64,000 bases of DNA from Lama glama (lineage: Eukaryota), in contig CM052832.1 of NCBI GenBank assembly GCA_028534125.1, forward strand, positions 18,664,001-18,728,000, read 5' to 3'. This document shows, one piece after another, positions 14,672-30,006 of this stretch. The translations under genes were made by a program, and so were the position numbers. Under the pieces are notes generated by a model. It ran no database searches and had not been told where the DNA came from. It saw nothing but the letters and a program-made list of their open reading frames with translations. The first letter of the stretch is position 1, and every line of letters starts with the position of its first letter.

Positions 14672-14999
14672 ATGCAAGTGTATTAACATCTCTGAGCTCT
14701 GGGATTCTCATCCGAAAAATGGGTTAAAATAGCTACCACACACAGCTGCCAAGACACGCACAGGGCACAGCGCATGTCACACAGCGGGTGGGCAGGTTTC
14801 CTCTTTCTGCCTATTCACCTTGCTGAGCGCTTGGATCACTGAGGATGTAACCTGCAATATTCTCATTCATAGAGCCTCATAGGTTTAAAGACAGCCAAAG
14901 AATCATTTTCTAGAGTTCCCAGAGAAATCTGTTACTGACATTTACTGCTCGCATTAGCTATACAGAATTCAAAGACACAAAACTCCTGTACCCTCCAGG

Positions 15000-16670
15000 A
15001 GCATAGAATCTAGCAGGAAAATTGAGATAAGCAAGTAACTAATGCAAAGCCAAGACATTAAACAGAATCTACTGGGCAGTTGTTATAGACACTGGGATTA
15101 TGTGCTTCAAGCACAGACCCCATCTCTGCCCTCCAGGAGCTTACACTCCAGTGAGGGGAGATGGGCAAAAAAATACCTACATGAATAAATGCTTATTTAA
15201 AGTGCTGAGCAGATAAAACAGGATAATACGGTAGAGGGACTGCAGGGCTTCTTTGGCTGGGAGGTCACAGGAAATGCTGGAGAGATCTGAAGTGAGACCC
15301 ACGTGGTGGGAAGAAGGCAGCTGAGCGACCACCTGGTGAAGAGTGCCCCAAGCTAAAGGAACAAAGGCTGAGATGGGAGCCAGGGCAAGTCCCAGCAAAA
15401 AGCGGTAAAGCCACAGTGGCTGGAAGGAAGTGAACAAAGGAAAGAGCAGAACAGATGGAGAGAGGCAGGGGCTGATCACAGAGGGCCTTGTGGACCATGG
15501 GGAAGACACTCCATTTAGTCTGGGTGCGAGGGGAAGCCATCAGAGGGTTTGACACATATGTACTGATCTGTTTTCTACCTCAGCTACCTGGCTACTGAGA
15601 GGGGACTGACTAGCTGATTACAGACACACAAGAGGGGAAGCAAGAGTGTAGCTTACAAGTCTGCTTCAGGAGTACAGACGAGAACCAAGGGTGGCTAGGA
15701 TGAGGGAAAGAAGTGGGTATGGACGGTGAGGGAAAGGGAGAGTCTGGGGCTGACGGGGGGAGTGAGGAATAAATGGGTAGATGAGAAGATGGTGTCATAT
15801 ATCGAGATGGCAAATGCTTGGGTGGGGGAAGGTGGAAATCGATGATTCCTTTTTGGACACATCAAGTTTGAGATATCTGGTGGACATCAAATTGAGATGT
15901 CCAGTAGGAAGCTGAATATACAAGCCTCTGGCTCAAGGTAGATTGAGATAAATATCATGAATATAGGAAAAGTGCTTATAGAGGAGAAGGGGCGGCAATC
16001 AGCTGAGGGGAGGCGTGTGGTGAGCGCATCTACACTGGGGCTGTGCGTGGCTGACTTACCAATTCAACCCTGGCTACAGAGCCCAGGGCCACTGCTATGA
16101 TTCCCAGCTGGACATTTCAGCCAGGGCCTTGCAAACACTTCAAGCTCAATATGTCCAAAACAGAAATCACTAATGTCTCTTTCTGCCAAAATCTGCCCCT
16201 TCTCCATATTCCTCACCTTGACTCAAGTGACTTCCGGTGGCCTTAAAAATAAATAATATATAAAGAACCAAACCCTTATCGAGACAGATGAAGTCTCTTT
16301 GTGATCTGGCCTCTGCCCTCTCCTCTCCTCTCCCCATGACTCCTGTTGTACCATAATCCCATAATAGTTCCTCAAACTGGCATGTTCTCTACCCACTCCA
16401 AGCCTCTGGATGTGCCTTTCTCTCTGTGAAATTTACTTACTCATTTTCCTCCCAGCTAACTTCTTCAAATGCCATCTCTCATTGTACTAACAGTTACTAA
16501 AGGACTATTATGTGCCAAGCACGATGCTTAGAATCTTCCTCCAGGAAGCGTCCCCTTGACCACACCCCTCCCCCAGGCTGGGCTGGCCGCCCCTTCTCTG
16601 TGCTTCCATAGCTACCTGCACATCCCTGTCAGAGCCCGGTTTCCCGCCATATCTAATATTTCACTATATT
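15000..16670. mobile_element. Cluster of degenerate LINE-2 fragments
   Basis: L2-like motifs: ctgccctccaggagcttacactccagtgaggggag, agagggccttgtggaccatggg, ttttggacacatcaagtttgagat, and oppositely oriented cttcaagctcaatatgtccaaaacagaa; boundaries approximate. Confidence 0.55.
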
Positions 16671-17387
16671 AATGGATAACCACCTCAATGCAAAAGTGAG
16701 CTGCGATCCCTGCAGAACAGCAAGTTTTTTTTTTTTTAATGGGCAAATTAGGATAAAGAAGGGAAAAAAAAAATGAAGCCAGAATCAAGACTGAATACAA
16801 CAAACTATACTTCTTTAGGTCTGGAACCCTCTTCACAGGTCAAGTGCACATTCAGCTCTGAGCCTCTCAACAGACAACACAAAAGTCAGGCACGAGTCAG
16901 AACACAATTCACCGCATCTCTGAGACACGGCAAACTAGCAGCCCAGCTCTGGATTTCCACCCCTCTTGACAAAGACCTGCAAGTTCTTCTGCACAAATTT
17001 CTAACGAAGGCATTTGGGGATAAAGGGAACAGTGACCACAACAGTTGTACAGATGGTAAAAGAGCACGTATGATAATACGTTTTATAGGGATATTTAAAG
17101 TGGCCCTTAATGAGAGTCCATGACGTAACGCATAAGCACACTACAGTAAAAGCAATCCTGTGAGGCCCAAGACAGTAGGAAAAACGGGGTGAGTCTTTTT
17201 AGCAGCAACTCTCCAGGGCACCCCTGCATCTCTGCTCAGGCCCTGCTTGGGCCTCAATCTGCAGTGAGGAAAGACTGAGGTCAGTGTCAGGGGCTGCTGT
17301 GCGCCTGGTACTGTGGGGAAGTTGAAATACAACAGGTGAATTGAGTTCCTGTAGATGCAAGTTGGTCAAACTTTTTAAACCATGACC

Positions 17388-17538
17388 TATTTTTTTTTAA
17401 TTAAAAAAATATTTGGGCAGGGGGAGGTAATTGGGTTTATCTATTTATATATTACTTTTGGTGGAGGTACCAGGGAACGAAGCTGGGGTCTTGTGCATAC
17501 TACGCATGCACTCTATCACTGAGCTATACCCTCCTCCC
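17388..17538 (-). mobile_element. tRNA-Ala-derived SINE (Vic-1-like)
   Basis: Reverse complement of the same head (...gcactctatcactgagctataccctcctccc), T-rich tail on the left, TSD AACCATGACC at 17378-17387 and 17541-17550. Confidence 0.85.
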
Positions 17539-20500
17539 ATAACCATGACCCATCTGATACATGAAATATACTTTATGTCACCACCCCAAGTACACATACA
17601 TGTATGTATCACCAAAAAAATTTCAGTGTAATCTGATAATTTCTATTCATACTTCATGTGTTCTGATGAGTTTTTAAAAAAATTCTGGATAAAACCATTA
17701 TACCGATTTCGTGACTCACTAGTAGGTTGCGACAAGACGGGTGAAAATGTATTCTGTACTAATTCAAGCCTTTCTAGATAGCCTCATTTCAGTGGCAGAC
17801 TTGAAGAGCCAAGTAAATGCATGTGTGGGATTCACACAGATGGTAGTTCTGTGATCCACCAGCACTAGCTGTGCCACTGTGCCCCTCAACATAGCAAACT
17901 TGGTGGGTGATACATTGGGTCATTTGCCTTCCATTTCTAGCAAGAAGCCAAGAATATCTGGTTTACAAGGGATCAACAACAAGCATTTTTAAAATGAATA
18001 AATGCCCTTATAGTCTGTATTTCTGGCTCAGAGTGTCTTTTGGTAGCTCCTCACGATCTAAGACTTCATCAGTGAGAAGTCCTCCTGCCTCTTCCCTGGG
18101 CTCTGTTGCCAGCAGCCACCTTCTCCCAGTTTTTTCTATCCCCCATCCCTTGGGTAAACAAGCCCTCTTTAAGGACTTCCCACCTCTTCTTCTTCAGACA
18201 GATTATATCTATATACACACACACAGACAGTAAGTACATTCTTATTTAAGAATATAAAGAATATTTTAAAATACTGCTTTACCCAATTTGAGTATTATTT
18301 TTTTCAAAATTTAAAGAAAAAAACCTCATCCTGTGGAACATGGTCCTTGACCTCAACTAGAAGGAAATGATAATTTGGAGCTTTCTGACATAAGAAGAAG
18401 GCTGTTGAAGCAAATGTCATTGTAGTACCTTGAGAACATGAGGTTTCCAGGGCTGAAAAGTGCAACTGACTTTAGAGAAGTTCTACTGTTTACTATTGGT
18501 TCTACTATACTATCCCCAGGAATGACTAAATCTGTGATTGCTTGGAAAGGATTTAACTAGTTAGAACTTCAAAGAAATGTTTCCTGTTTCAGAGAAGTGT
18601 AAGTATATTCCTGTGTCATCGACAAAACAACACACACAGGGACAAACAGGTAAACAATGGAATGGGTTCTGTTTTAAAAATCTGCAGGCTATTAGAGTCA
18701 TTTGCTTATTTTAATTCCTGAGGGAAGACACAAACTGTCTTTCGGAACTGTCATTACATGTCAAAGTTCAGCTCATAAGAATCATTTCTAATCTGCAAGT
18801 CAGATGTCCAGGTTGGATGCTGGTTTTGGAATGCCGACTAGTCACAACTGGTTAATGTTCTAAGTCATTTTATGGAGGGAATTTAAGTACCCCCCCCCAG
18901 TCCTCTACCTCGGGAGTTTAGTTCATATGGGAGCTTGGGGACTGCTCTGTCACCTGTAGGGGGAGAGTTCTTATCCTCCCAGAAATGACTTTAAAAGGAG
19001 GTAGGGGACAGGGTGTCCTTTGTCTCTTGGGGGACTCATGAGGGTGGTCAATACTGGTCCATACACTTTATTTTCATCCTTTAAAAAAGGTGTATGGGAC
19101 AGATGTGTCTAGGGAGCTCCCTGGAATATGGCCTCTGCAAATGGTATTCGTGCAAGTTAAAAACAAAAAGATAAAGGAAACTCTGGTCCTGAAGGAATGA
19201 GATCTGGAGTATGCTTCTGGCATTTCCACAAAGGGCTGTCAAAAGAACTTACTAGAAATTTTAAGTAATGTACATTTTAGTTGGACTATACAGATGGTAC
19301 TACCATTCTGAAATTTAGAATTTGGAAATTAGAATCTTTCATAGGTTGCTTTCTAGTGGTTAAGAAGTTAAAGCTCTATTTTCCAAAGTAATATCAATAT
19401 GAAAATGACATTACAGAATAACTACAATTATAAGAGGAAATTAACAATTAGGACTTGAACAACCTTCTGCACATACTTAATATCAGTGCAATTAATTTTA
19501 AATAAGATATCAACTCAATAGTCCATGCTTGGCAACACTGTTAATAGATTAGTTCAATTAATAATGGTGAAAATGAGGTGATTTGTTTAAAAATAAAACA
19601 GTATTTTGACCAAGACAAATGGATCATCACTGAATTTTAATCTGTATTAAAAAGCTTAAAATTATATATGGAAAATGTGAGGCTTAATTTAAGGGCAAAT
19701 AATTGTTACTTAGTCATTGGAGAAGGGATCCACAAGACGCATTCTGTAATAATTCAAGCCTTTTAAAATTCTTTCCCTCGGAAATAGCAGTAAGCAAATG
19801 ACCTGATCCTCTGCATGAATATCTTTTGATTTAAAACTGGTATGACACTCATTAAAATAACTGAAAGAATTACATACAATTAGTGAGCTAGTTATGCGTA
19901 AGGAGCAGACACAGGCTCTTCACCCACTTGGCACATTATCCTAAACCCCAAACTTCTGCGATTTTTTTAAAGGTAGTAAACAATATATAGCAACAAATTA
20001 AATATGTAATGATAACCAATCAGTAAAATGACAACTTTAATACCCCCAGGGCCAATGAGGAACCAAAGTTGAAAGAGAGAGTTGGGAATACTGATTTCCT
20101 AAGAGCACCTGATTGCAGGGAAAGAACAGATGGTCTACGACAATAAAGATACTAAGTAAGTACACGTTTCCGCATGCCATACAAGGCGTGTGTGTTGAAA
20201 TGATAAGAAGTATACAGGAAAGCTAATTAATCATTGTCAGCAACAAAATAACACATGGAGAGGTACAGAATGCTCCAGGTAAGCCAAAAGTGGACAGATT
20301 TATTTCTAACAAATGGATAGCAATCAAGTGTATCTAATTTTTGACACAGTTGTTTCCGAAAATGTTTAAAAACTATAGGCTTATATTATGGTTAAACAAA
20401 TACTTTTTGCTTGTGTTTCTGCTCACATATTAATTTAATGTGGAATTAGTAAGTAGATATTTTGCATAAAGCAATGCAATCTATTCAAATCTACCTCAAA

Positions 20501-20574
20501 ATTTAATTCTGACTATAAGAAATATACCATATTTGAAATCAGTATACAGATTACAGCAGACTGGTTAAATATGC

Positions 20575-20770
20575 AGTACCAAACTGCCTGCCTCTGGATG
20601 ACCTTAGATAACCTTAGCCAAGTTACTTAACTTTTCCATGCCTCCGTTTCCTCATTCGTTAAATAGAAGATATTATTCATAGATTGTCATGAGAATTAAA
20701 CTGGTTACTATTCATAATGAGCTTCGACTAGTGCCTAGCATGTCATAGGTGCTACGTAAGTGTTAAATAA
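20575..20770 (+). mobile_element. MIR SINE fragment
   Basis: MIR core: accttagccaagttacttaacttttccatgcctccgtttcctcattcgttaaa. Similar cores near 30620-30800 and 48170-48350. Confidence 0.6.
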
Positions 20771-22708
20771 ATAAGAAGACTCTTTAGACCATCTGCTGTC
20801 CAGCCCTGGAGTTAAAAGGATATCAGAATCTCCGGATATAGGTTCAAACTCTGCAGGTTATTCTAATAGTTTTTGTTCTACTTGGCCCTTCTCTCTACCA
20901 GGTAAACTAGAGTACCTCTTAGTTTCTTTCTAGTTAAAAGGAAAAAAAAAAGATAATTGACTAGAGACAGAATTGTTAAAAATGTTTCCCCTTTCTATCA
21001 TTTTGTTTAAAGAAAACCACCTTTCTTCGACTTTATGAAATTAAGGTTAATTAGGAGCCCTCAGTCACCTCCCAGCAGGTAACAGGCCCCATCGAATCAT
21101 TCAGTCACTCCTGTTTCAGCCCTCACTCAGCCAAAGTGCAAGTTTACAAGCTGTTGAGTAGCAGAAGAATTTCCTTCTGAGAGATCAATCATATAGATTA
21201 CTGTTTCCATCTCCATGAAGGTGATTCTTAAATTCAAACTGATAAATATTTCAACCTTTAATTTATGGCCCTGAATCTTCCCTAGTGCAATTATAACTGT
21301 TGGTTCTTTAAAGAGGCATTGACGTGGAATTTTGAATCAGGAAGAAATGGAAGAAAACAAAGGTAACCCCCGGAACAGACGAAAAAAAGAGATGCCCAGA
21401 ATCTCCACTAAATGTGCGAAAGAAATGTTCAAAACCAGATTGAGTAGATAGCATGAACATCACAGACAAAAGATACCACATCTGTTAACAATCTTGAATC
21501 TACATGTAGAAGGTTAGTGATGAGTCTGAGTTACGTTGGAATATCCTAGGGAGAGCATCTCAGGGCTGTGGGCTGCAAACATTTTAGGTAATAAAGTTGT
21601 AGCATCTCCCAGAGCAGTCACATTCAGCGGTGCTCTAGCCCCATGAGTGGCACAGTTTCTACCCGCCGGGGACGTATAATTCCATGTGGGAAGGGTTGTA
21701 TGCATGTACTTAGATGCTTCAGAGAATTTTCCATGCAACGGTGTATCTTGTGTCCTAACTTCCTGGATCACATAAGATCTAAATGCTGCCCAAGAATATG
21801 AATAGGCTCATTTAGAAAACCGTCACCAGTCAAATGTCTCTCTCTTTGAAATATGTACTTCAAATTGTTTTTTAAAATGGAACCACAGGAGGATCACAAC
21901 TTGAAATATTTGGTAATAGACATCAGTGAGAAGCAAAAATGACTTGCTAATTTGATTACAAAAGGTGGCAATGCAGGTGATTTAAACAGTAAATCTAATG
22001 CTCTACCCCCTTTCCAATTAGCTGTGAGTTTGCACCACTGGCTTAGGGTAAGAAGCCCAGAGCTTAGAAAATTGATTTTCTTTAGGAGAGGGATCCCTGC
22101 ACTTGGGGCAGCTGTCACCATGTAAATGATGCTGTGTTTGGGTGGCGTAGAATCAATGGTTAGGCTGGGAATATAGAGGAAATCATTACAGCACAAAACC
22201 CACTGACTTGCACTTTCTACACAAAAATGTTCTTTTCCATTAAATTCACAATACACTTGGCTCTGGTTTCTGCTACTTAACAATTCATTAGCCTCATTAA
22301 AACAATGATGAAAGACAAAATTTTTAGAACTAAAAAAAGCTATTTTCATGGCTTAAACGATTCTGCCCAAGTATGTGTTTCCTTTATAGAGAGCTCTGTC
22401 TTATCTCAGCAAGACACTCACTCGACACCAGAGGCCCTGATTCTGGTCCTAGGATTCAATAGGTGCCCATGTCAGGAATGGCCCTAACCTCTTAACCCCT
22501 AGTCATCTGAACCAGGAAAAGACCGCCCATGTAACCTGGGTCATCCTTAGAGTGAAGCGCAGAGCGATCGCCATCTACCCACGCCTCTTGATGCGCCATG
22601 GCAACAAGCGTTGTTTTTACAAAATGAAAGCCACTCAGGGCCAGGTGTGCCTGCAGCAAGGTTTGCCCTTGGTCCTCCAAGTGGTCCTGCATCTGCATTT
22701 TTTTTTTT

Positions 22709-22990
22709 AAGTACAAACTTTCAGTTATAATAAGTCCTGGCCATGTAAAGTACAGCATGGTGCCTATAGTTAACAACACTGTATTGCCTACTTGAAAATT
22801 GCTAAGAGAGTAATCATAAAGATTCTCATCTCACAAGGAAAAAAAACTTATAACTACGTGGTGATGATGTGAACTAAATCTGTGGTAATCACTTTGCAAT
22901 ATATACATATATTGAATCATTATCTTGTACACCTAAAACTAACACAATGCTATGTTAGTTATATCTCTATAAAAACTAAATTTTAAAAAA
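22709..22990 (+). mobile_element. LINE-1 3'UTR fragment (L1MA-type)
   Basis: gtacagcatggtgcctatagttaacaacactgtattg...ttgtacacctaaaactaacacaatgctat followed by an A-rich tail. Confidence 0.75.
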
Positions 22991-24510
22991 TTATTTCTTT
23001 TTTCTACCCTCACCCCACCCACTTTATTTAAGGAGACAACTGTATTTTTTTTTTCTTTCACGTAACAAAAAGCAAATCAATCAAACAAAAAAACCCAGGA
23101 TTATACAATTTAAATCCATATTTACAGGAGCTAAGCCAGTCTTTCTTAACCAACATTCTATCATCCAAAACCACAAAACTCATAAACAAGACACATTTTA
23201 CTAACTCATGTTTCCCATACCCCTTTCCAACTCACACACAACCAGATAATCCTGGCAGGAAATGTGAATATAATTTTAAATTTTTAATTCCAATCTCTTA
23301 CTTATCACTCCTTTTTTTTTTTTTAGGGTTAGCCTAAGAGCTTTCCAGAATAATTACCCTATGATAACACAGTGTCTATTGCCTCAAAATGTAAACAAAA
23401 TTTAAAATATTTATTAAACATACATTTTATAATATACTGGACAAGCAAGTTCTTTAAAACTTGATAATTCCCTCCACATAGACCAAATATATCTACAGAT
23501 TTATAGTTATACTGAAAATTATTATCTTTAATTTTACTAGAACACTATTGAAATCTAGGATATATTTTATGCTTTCTTTGCTAGTTTCCATGTATATGAT
23601 AGGGTTTCATCTGGAGAGCACTTTACTGTTTTATTCACAGGTTTTAAAAGATGATGGTTTATAAATAAGGAACTGACTAAAGCATTACACTCTCTTGCAG
23701 GCTAGAAAAATAATACCAGTCACATCAGACCTTTGGTTTTGAAAGTTAAAACAAGTACCATTCCTTCATAATGGCTGCACTGAAAAATTACTAAAATCAG
23801 AAGTGAATGTGGAAACATCCAGACATATAAGTAGACCAAACCTAGTCTCACCAGCATCCTTTTTCAGATTATAAGAAATTATTAAAAATGACTATTTCAG
23901 TAAAACATAAAAATACTGAATACAGAGGATGAAAACATATTGTACAGAGGTATATACAACTGTTTTTATGGTAAAATGAGAAGTAACAACACTAGTAATA
24001 CAAATTTTAGAATAATAAATAAGAACTGACACCAAATTGTCCTCAGAAAAGTGAAGTATCAACAACCTGAATACTGAAGTTCTATGGCCAGATAGACAAC
24101 CACATGGATGCACCATATTCCGTCTTCTAAAGCACATCAAGTCAAGTTAATGAAAGAGAGTATGAACTAAACAGGAAATAGGCATCTAATAGTATACCCA
24201 AAAACTGTGAAAAGAAAATGAAACAGGAACAAGCAAGAGATTTAAAACCAAAAAACCCGAAAACCCTTTAGGACAAGTTTTATGTTCACTGCAATTTTCA
24301 TAATTTTTTTTCCAGGGGTAGGGGGTGATGGGGGTACTCTAAGAAAAGTTTAACAAAATTTTAGGTAAAAAATGAGTTATAGGGCCTTAGTGGGAACCTG
24401 ATGGTTAAGCTTTATCAGCTTCATTAACAGACTCTGTACAGCAATAAGCTTCTGAAAGAATTGTCTCTGCAGGGAAGTTTTATCTGGTCTGGTTTGTAAA
24501 GGTGAGATTA

Positions 24511-24717
<207 letters not shown>

Positions 24718-24801
24718 CTAGAGAGTCAAGACACATACAAGGAGAAATGAAAGCACAGAGGCAAGGGAAGAGCAGGTCAGCTGAAATCCAGAAGATACCT
24801 T

Positions 24802-24815
24802 CCACAAGGGGGCGC
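24802..24815 (+). promoter_or_regulatory. Candidate CTCF binding motif
   Basis: CCACAAGGGGGCGC, a close match to the CTCF core CCASYAGRKGGCRS, 85 bp upstream of the ~exon 29 acceptor. Motif match only. Confidence 0.45.
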
Positions 24816-27050
24816 CGTGAAGGATTATGTCTGCAAGGTTCAGGATGACAATAAATTTATGCTAGAGTAAGTTACCTCTCTGATCATCTCTCTGTGGAGG
24901 GTAAAGTATCTTAAACAAGAAATTACAAAACCTATTTTTTAACAACCTTCGGTACTTTATTTTTTGAAAAATAGGTAATTCATAAATCCTTGCCATGTTC
25001 ATGCAAATGTGCACAAAGTGGGCATGTATTTTTCTTCTCCAGAAGACTATTAACATTTTCAGGAATCTGCTGTGATTTTTTTCAACTTTGAATCTTAAAT
25101 GTAATCACAAAATTATATCCATCAGGAGGCATTACAACCTTCTATACCGAGAAGCCACTTCATTTATACAGTGTTACTAGGACAAAGATTCAGTTCAAGT
25201 CAATTTGCTCTCATGATAAGAGTAAATTCACAAGTAAGTGAAGTCTGATGTTGTTGCCACCAACATTACTGGCGGAAATATAAGGGAAATTTAAACTAGA
25301 AAAGTAACTACACAAGGTAAAAAAGGAGACCATTTAGTATAGAAGAAAGTAAGTGTTCTTTTTGTTAATTTTACTTCACATTTCCTCTTCATTTCTTTCT
25401 GTATCTAGTGCTCAAAAGTATCTAATGAGGGGAAATAAAATTACTCTAACCTTTATTATTTTTAAAGGGCTGAAAGGAACAAAATTGCTAACAAAATTTT
25501 AATTTAACTGTTTTATTGTTTTCAGATAACAAATATCATATTTTACATGGCTTATTAATTACCAGTGTTATCCTTTAGGTAAACTTAAAAAATTAAATGG
25601 CAAGAGATAGAATAAACTGGGCTGAAATTAACAAGCTCTAGTACTGAGTTGATCCATCAGCAGGAACTCTGAAATGATGAGAACCAACTGACAATTTCAC
25701 GGAACCTTTGGGAACATCTCTAACCTTAAGTTGGAGAAAACATTCATGTTATGGGAATGTATCTGAAAACAGTGTTTCATTTTGAAAATACTATTTCTTT
25801 CACACAGCAGTTAAGCTCTCCTCTTACCAAATCAACAATAAGAAATTGAAAACAAAAGTGAGTTCACACAATTCTTTTATATCCATGAAGGACTTATAAA
25901 AAGAAAATGTCAATACTCTGAGTTACCAGATTCTTCCAAGAAGGACAAATGCAGAAAAAAAAAAAGTGAAAAAATTCAAACTTTCAGTGTAGTTCCCACG
26001 TGCAGTCATATTGGCACAATATCCAGTATCTGTGTCATCAAGTAGGCATCCTGAGGCAGCCCCTGGGGCTGTGGGTCAACAATAAACTGTTTCTACAAAG
26101 GATGCTTTATTGAGTTTGTTTCTGCTTATTAAGAAAAAAGTTTGAATTATGACCTCTAAACAAGGATGTAGCTCTTTATTATGCCATGAACTACAAACTT
26201 GTGTTTTGTGCTTCTTAAAATCTCTGTGGTGATGAGCCAGTTTTTTATAATTCCAATTTGCCACAAACCAATATATTGATAAAATGTAGAAATGAAAACA
26301 ATTTTAAGTAATGTGTTTCAATATTATTGCGATGTCAAATTTTTCTAGAATTTTCTCCACAGTCCCACTTAGTTTCTACATTTACCTTCCCATGGACTAG
26401 TAACCATTCATCAGTGAAGCCAGCTCCAGTCCATGGGCAATACTTTGAGGACCAGCGCTAGAGATGTCTACTTTTTCTTTTAGATTTGAGAGAAGAGTCC
26501 TACATTTTTCTCAAATGAATTTCTCCAAATACTCTTTTGTCTGCCTCCTCAGAAGAAGCTGTTTGCTCTTCCTCCTGTTTTGGTGTTCTCTAGTCTCCCC
26601 CAACAATTCAAGGCTGTAAAACTGGCTATGTCCAGCCTACACAGTTAAGCTGCCTAACTCGTTTGGGAGATTCCTACTGCATCATATTGCTAACATTTCT
26701 GAGACATAAGATATAGCCGGTTGTAAAACCTTAATCTGTGCCTCAGAGGAATTCCTGAAGTTCTAGAAGCATGAAGTTTTTGATATATTTTTCATAAGCA
26801 CTGATATTGGATATAAAGTTTTCTATCTCGATGTAGAACCAGTCTTTAGATGAAGAACATTTTTTTTTCACCTCGGTTATATCCCAGAGGCCTGGTTGAA
26901 CACTCAACGGCTATCAATCACAATATGTTCATTTTACTCCTGTACTTTCTTTGGACTCCAAACCTTTCATTTCCCCCATATTTTTAAGAATACTCCATCA
27001 TCAAATAATCATATCAGAGAACAACAAAATGAGCACAGATAAATTAAATA

Positions 27051-27251
27051 TAGTGGAGTCTTGAACATGGGTTTGAACTGTGCGGGCCCATGTGGACGAG
27101 AATCTTTTTCAATAGTAAATACTGCAGCACCACACGATCCAGCTGAGCTGAATCCTCAGATGGGGAGAGCTAATTCTAAGTTACACGTGGCTTTTCAACT
27201 GCAGGGAGGGTCCCTGCCCCTGGTCCCCCACCTTGTTCAAGGGTCACTTGT
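27051..27251 (+). mobile_element. Tigger2a-like MITE
   Basis: tagtggagtcttgaacatgggtttgaactgtgcggg...ttgttcaagggtcacttgta; homologous to the other copies. Confidence 0.65.
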
Positions 27252-27448
27252 AATGTTAAAAAAAAAAATCCATTTCAGACCTCAGTCCTAATATCATCTC
27301 CTATTAAAATTTTGGACCTGCATTGTAAGTGGACAACAATTCTGGACACTGACTTCTGCTTTCTCCCTGTCATTCCCTCTGGAGAATTTCTAACATATTC
27401 TAGAACAACTGGAAGCAATGAAGAAGGCAACGGAGTAGTAGGATTTTA

Positions 27449-27667
<219 letters not shown>

Positions 27668-29574
27668 TCAAAAGGGAAAGAGTAGCATTTTCATTTGTAC
27701 AAGAGGGGAAAAAAAAAGCACCCACCGTTGATGCTATGTTGATAGAGGTCAACTGTGATTTTGTTTCTGTCTTTGAAAATAGAATACAGGAACGTGCAAA
27801 CAGGGCTGAGGATTTCCAAAAAAAAAAACCCTTAAACACTGCCATAAACACATGGGTAATAGACTTTCTTTACCCATTTCAACCTGCCTCCGCAATTTCA
27901 AAACTCAAGATTTAGTGGTAAAAATGAAACACGTCTGGATAAAGACAAACTTAATGGGAACCATGTGTACCATGTGGTGAGGAACAATTCATCCATTGAC
28001 ATAGAGGAAAACAAACCTGGGCTGGAGTAAATTAAGACAGTCTAGCCTGGTTGTGAAATCTTGGTTATTCCTTCAACATGCATATCCCTCACCTTTTAAA
28101 AAACTTTTTACCAATCAGACGGTGTCATACTGAACCACTTCTGCTTTGACTAGCCATCAGACTTTGAATAATTACGAAGTCACTGTTCTCTTGCCTTTTA
28201 TGAACACAAGTTATCAAAGTGTTCAGTTTTAGTACCCCTTGCTTGACCTTAAAAAGATGCCCAGACAACAAGAAGTACCTTGTAGGGTTCACTAAAAAAT
28301 GACTCAGCCACTAAGGTTTCAGTCAAAGGGCCGCTTTTTGGTTAGCATTTTAGCTCTTTGCTGTTTCCAAGAACTCAACTTCCATGTGTGTGTGTGTCTT
28401 CAGTCTAAATAACTCTACCTAAATGCACACATGCACAAATGTGCATAAATACACGACATATTTAAAGGTAAACATGCTGGTGAGACGTATCCCCACCTTC
28501 CAACCCTGTCTCCGAAGTTCAGCCTACTTTTAAGTCAACAATTTTAACAATTTGAGAGCGGAGAAAGGAGTTATCAAAATAAGATTTTTGAATCCTATAG
28601 CTAAAGTTGAAAGTATCTTTGTGTAACAGGGGAAAACCTTTCTAACCCAAAGGCAATCGTTTGGAGATCTCTCTGCTTAGGAAGATTTCCAGTGGCAAGA
28701 CAGAAGGGAAGCATTAACCCTGATGCCTACAGTAAAAGCTTTCTTGGGCTAAAGATAAAGACTGTTTCTTTAATTCTTGCCTCTGAAGCTATTTGGTTTA
28801 TCTAATACTTTATTTCTCCCCAGAGGCGTCCACTGATAAGACTCCCCTGTGTCTCTTATTAAAATTACAGATAACCATGTCCCATCCCAAACCTCCAGCG
28901 AGGCCTGGGAATCCGATGTTAACAAGCACTTCCTCTAATTCTTTTAGGTGTGTTTGGGGGTTCAGCTTCCTCATAAAACTATACAGTCAGTGCTTTGCTT
29001 CTCTTCCGCATTCTACACCCCACCTCTGAGGGGGGGAGGGGTAGTTAATCTATTTCAAATTATAGCACCAAAAAAAAAAATCTTAAAAATGCAATTATTT
29101 TCTAATGTCTCAAGACTGGTCTATCATTTTGTTACTGGATGCTTTCCTTCCTTACTGATTGAACTTCTAATTTGCAAAATTTTTAAAGGAAAAGAGTCTA
29201 CTTAGCCTGCATCTATATATATTTTCATTCTCTCAGTGCTCAGTACAACGCATTCTAAAATGCCAGGTATGGAGTTAGCAGATATATAATTTGTTAGTGC
29301 TTTATAAAGGTGAAAGATAAGCTTCAGAAGCAAGAAAAAAAAGGAGGGGTGGAATTACACACATGTGCCCCCCCCCCAAAAAACACTCTTAAAAAGAGCA
29401 GATAACTATGTGCCTCAGTAACACAGGCATATATCTGGTCATCTTATCTTGGAAATGTATTAGACCTATGCATTCATGCACAGCTATATTTACATACCGT
29501 GGCTGCCCCTTAGACAAGCCTCCACACGTTAGATTCGAATAAAACCAACAGTTACACTCTTCGCAGCTGCCTCA

Positions 29575-30006
<432 letters not shown>

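Noticed and set aside
21894..22349. 151-aa minus-strand ORF, and other 100-160 aa ORFs such as 48754..49203 and 48920..49396
   Set aside because: No recognisable domain or splice context; either chance intronic ORFs or alternative frames overlapping a GC-rich real exon.
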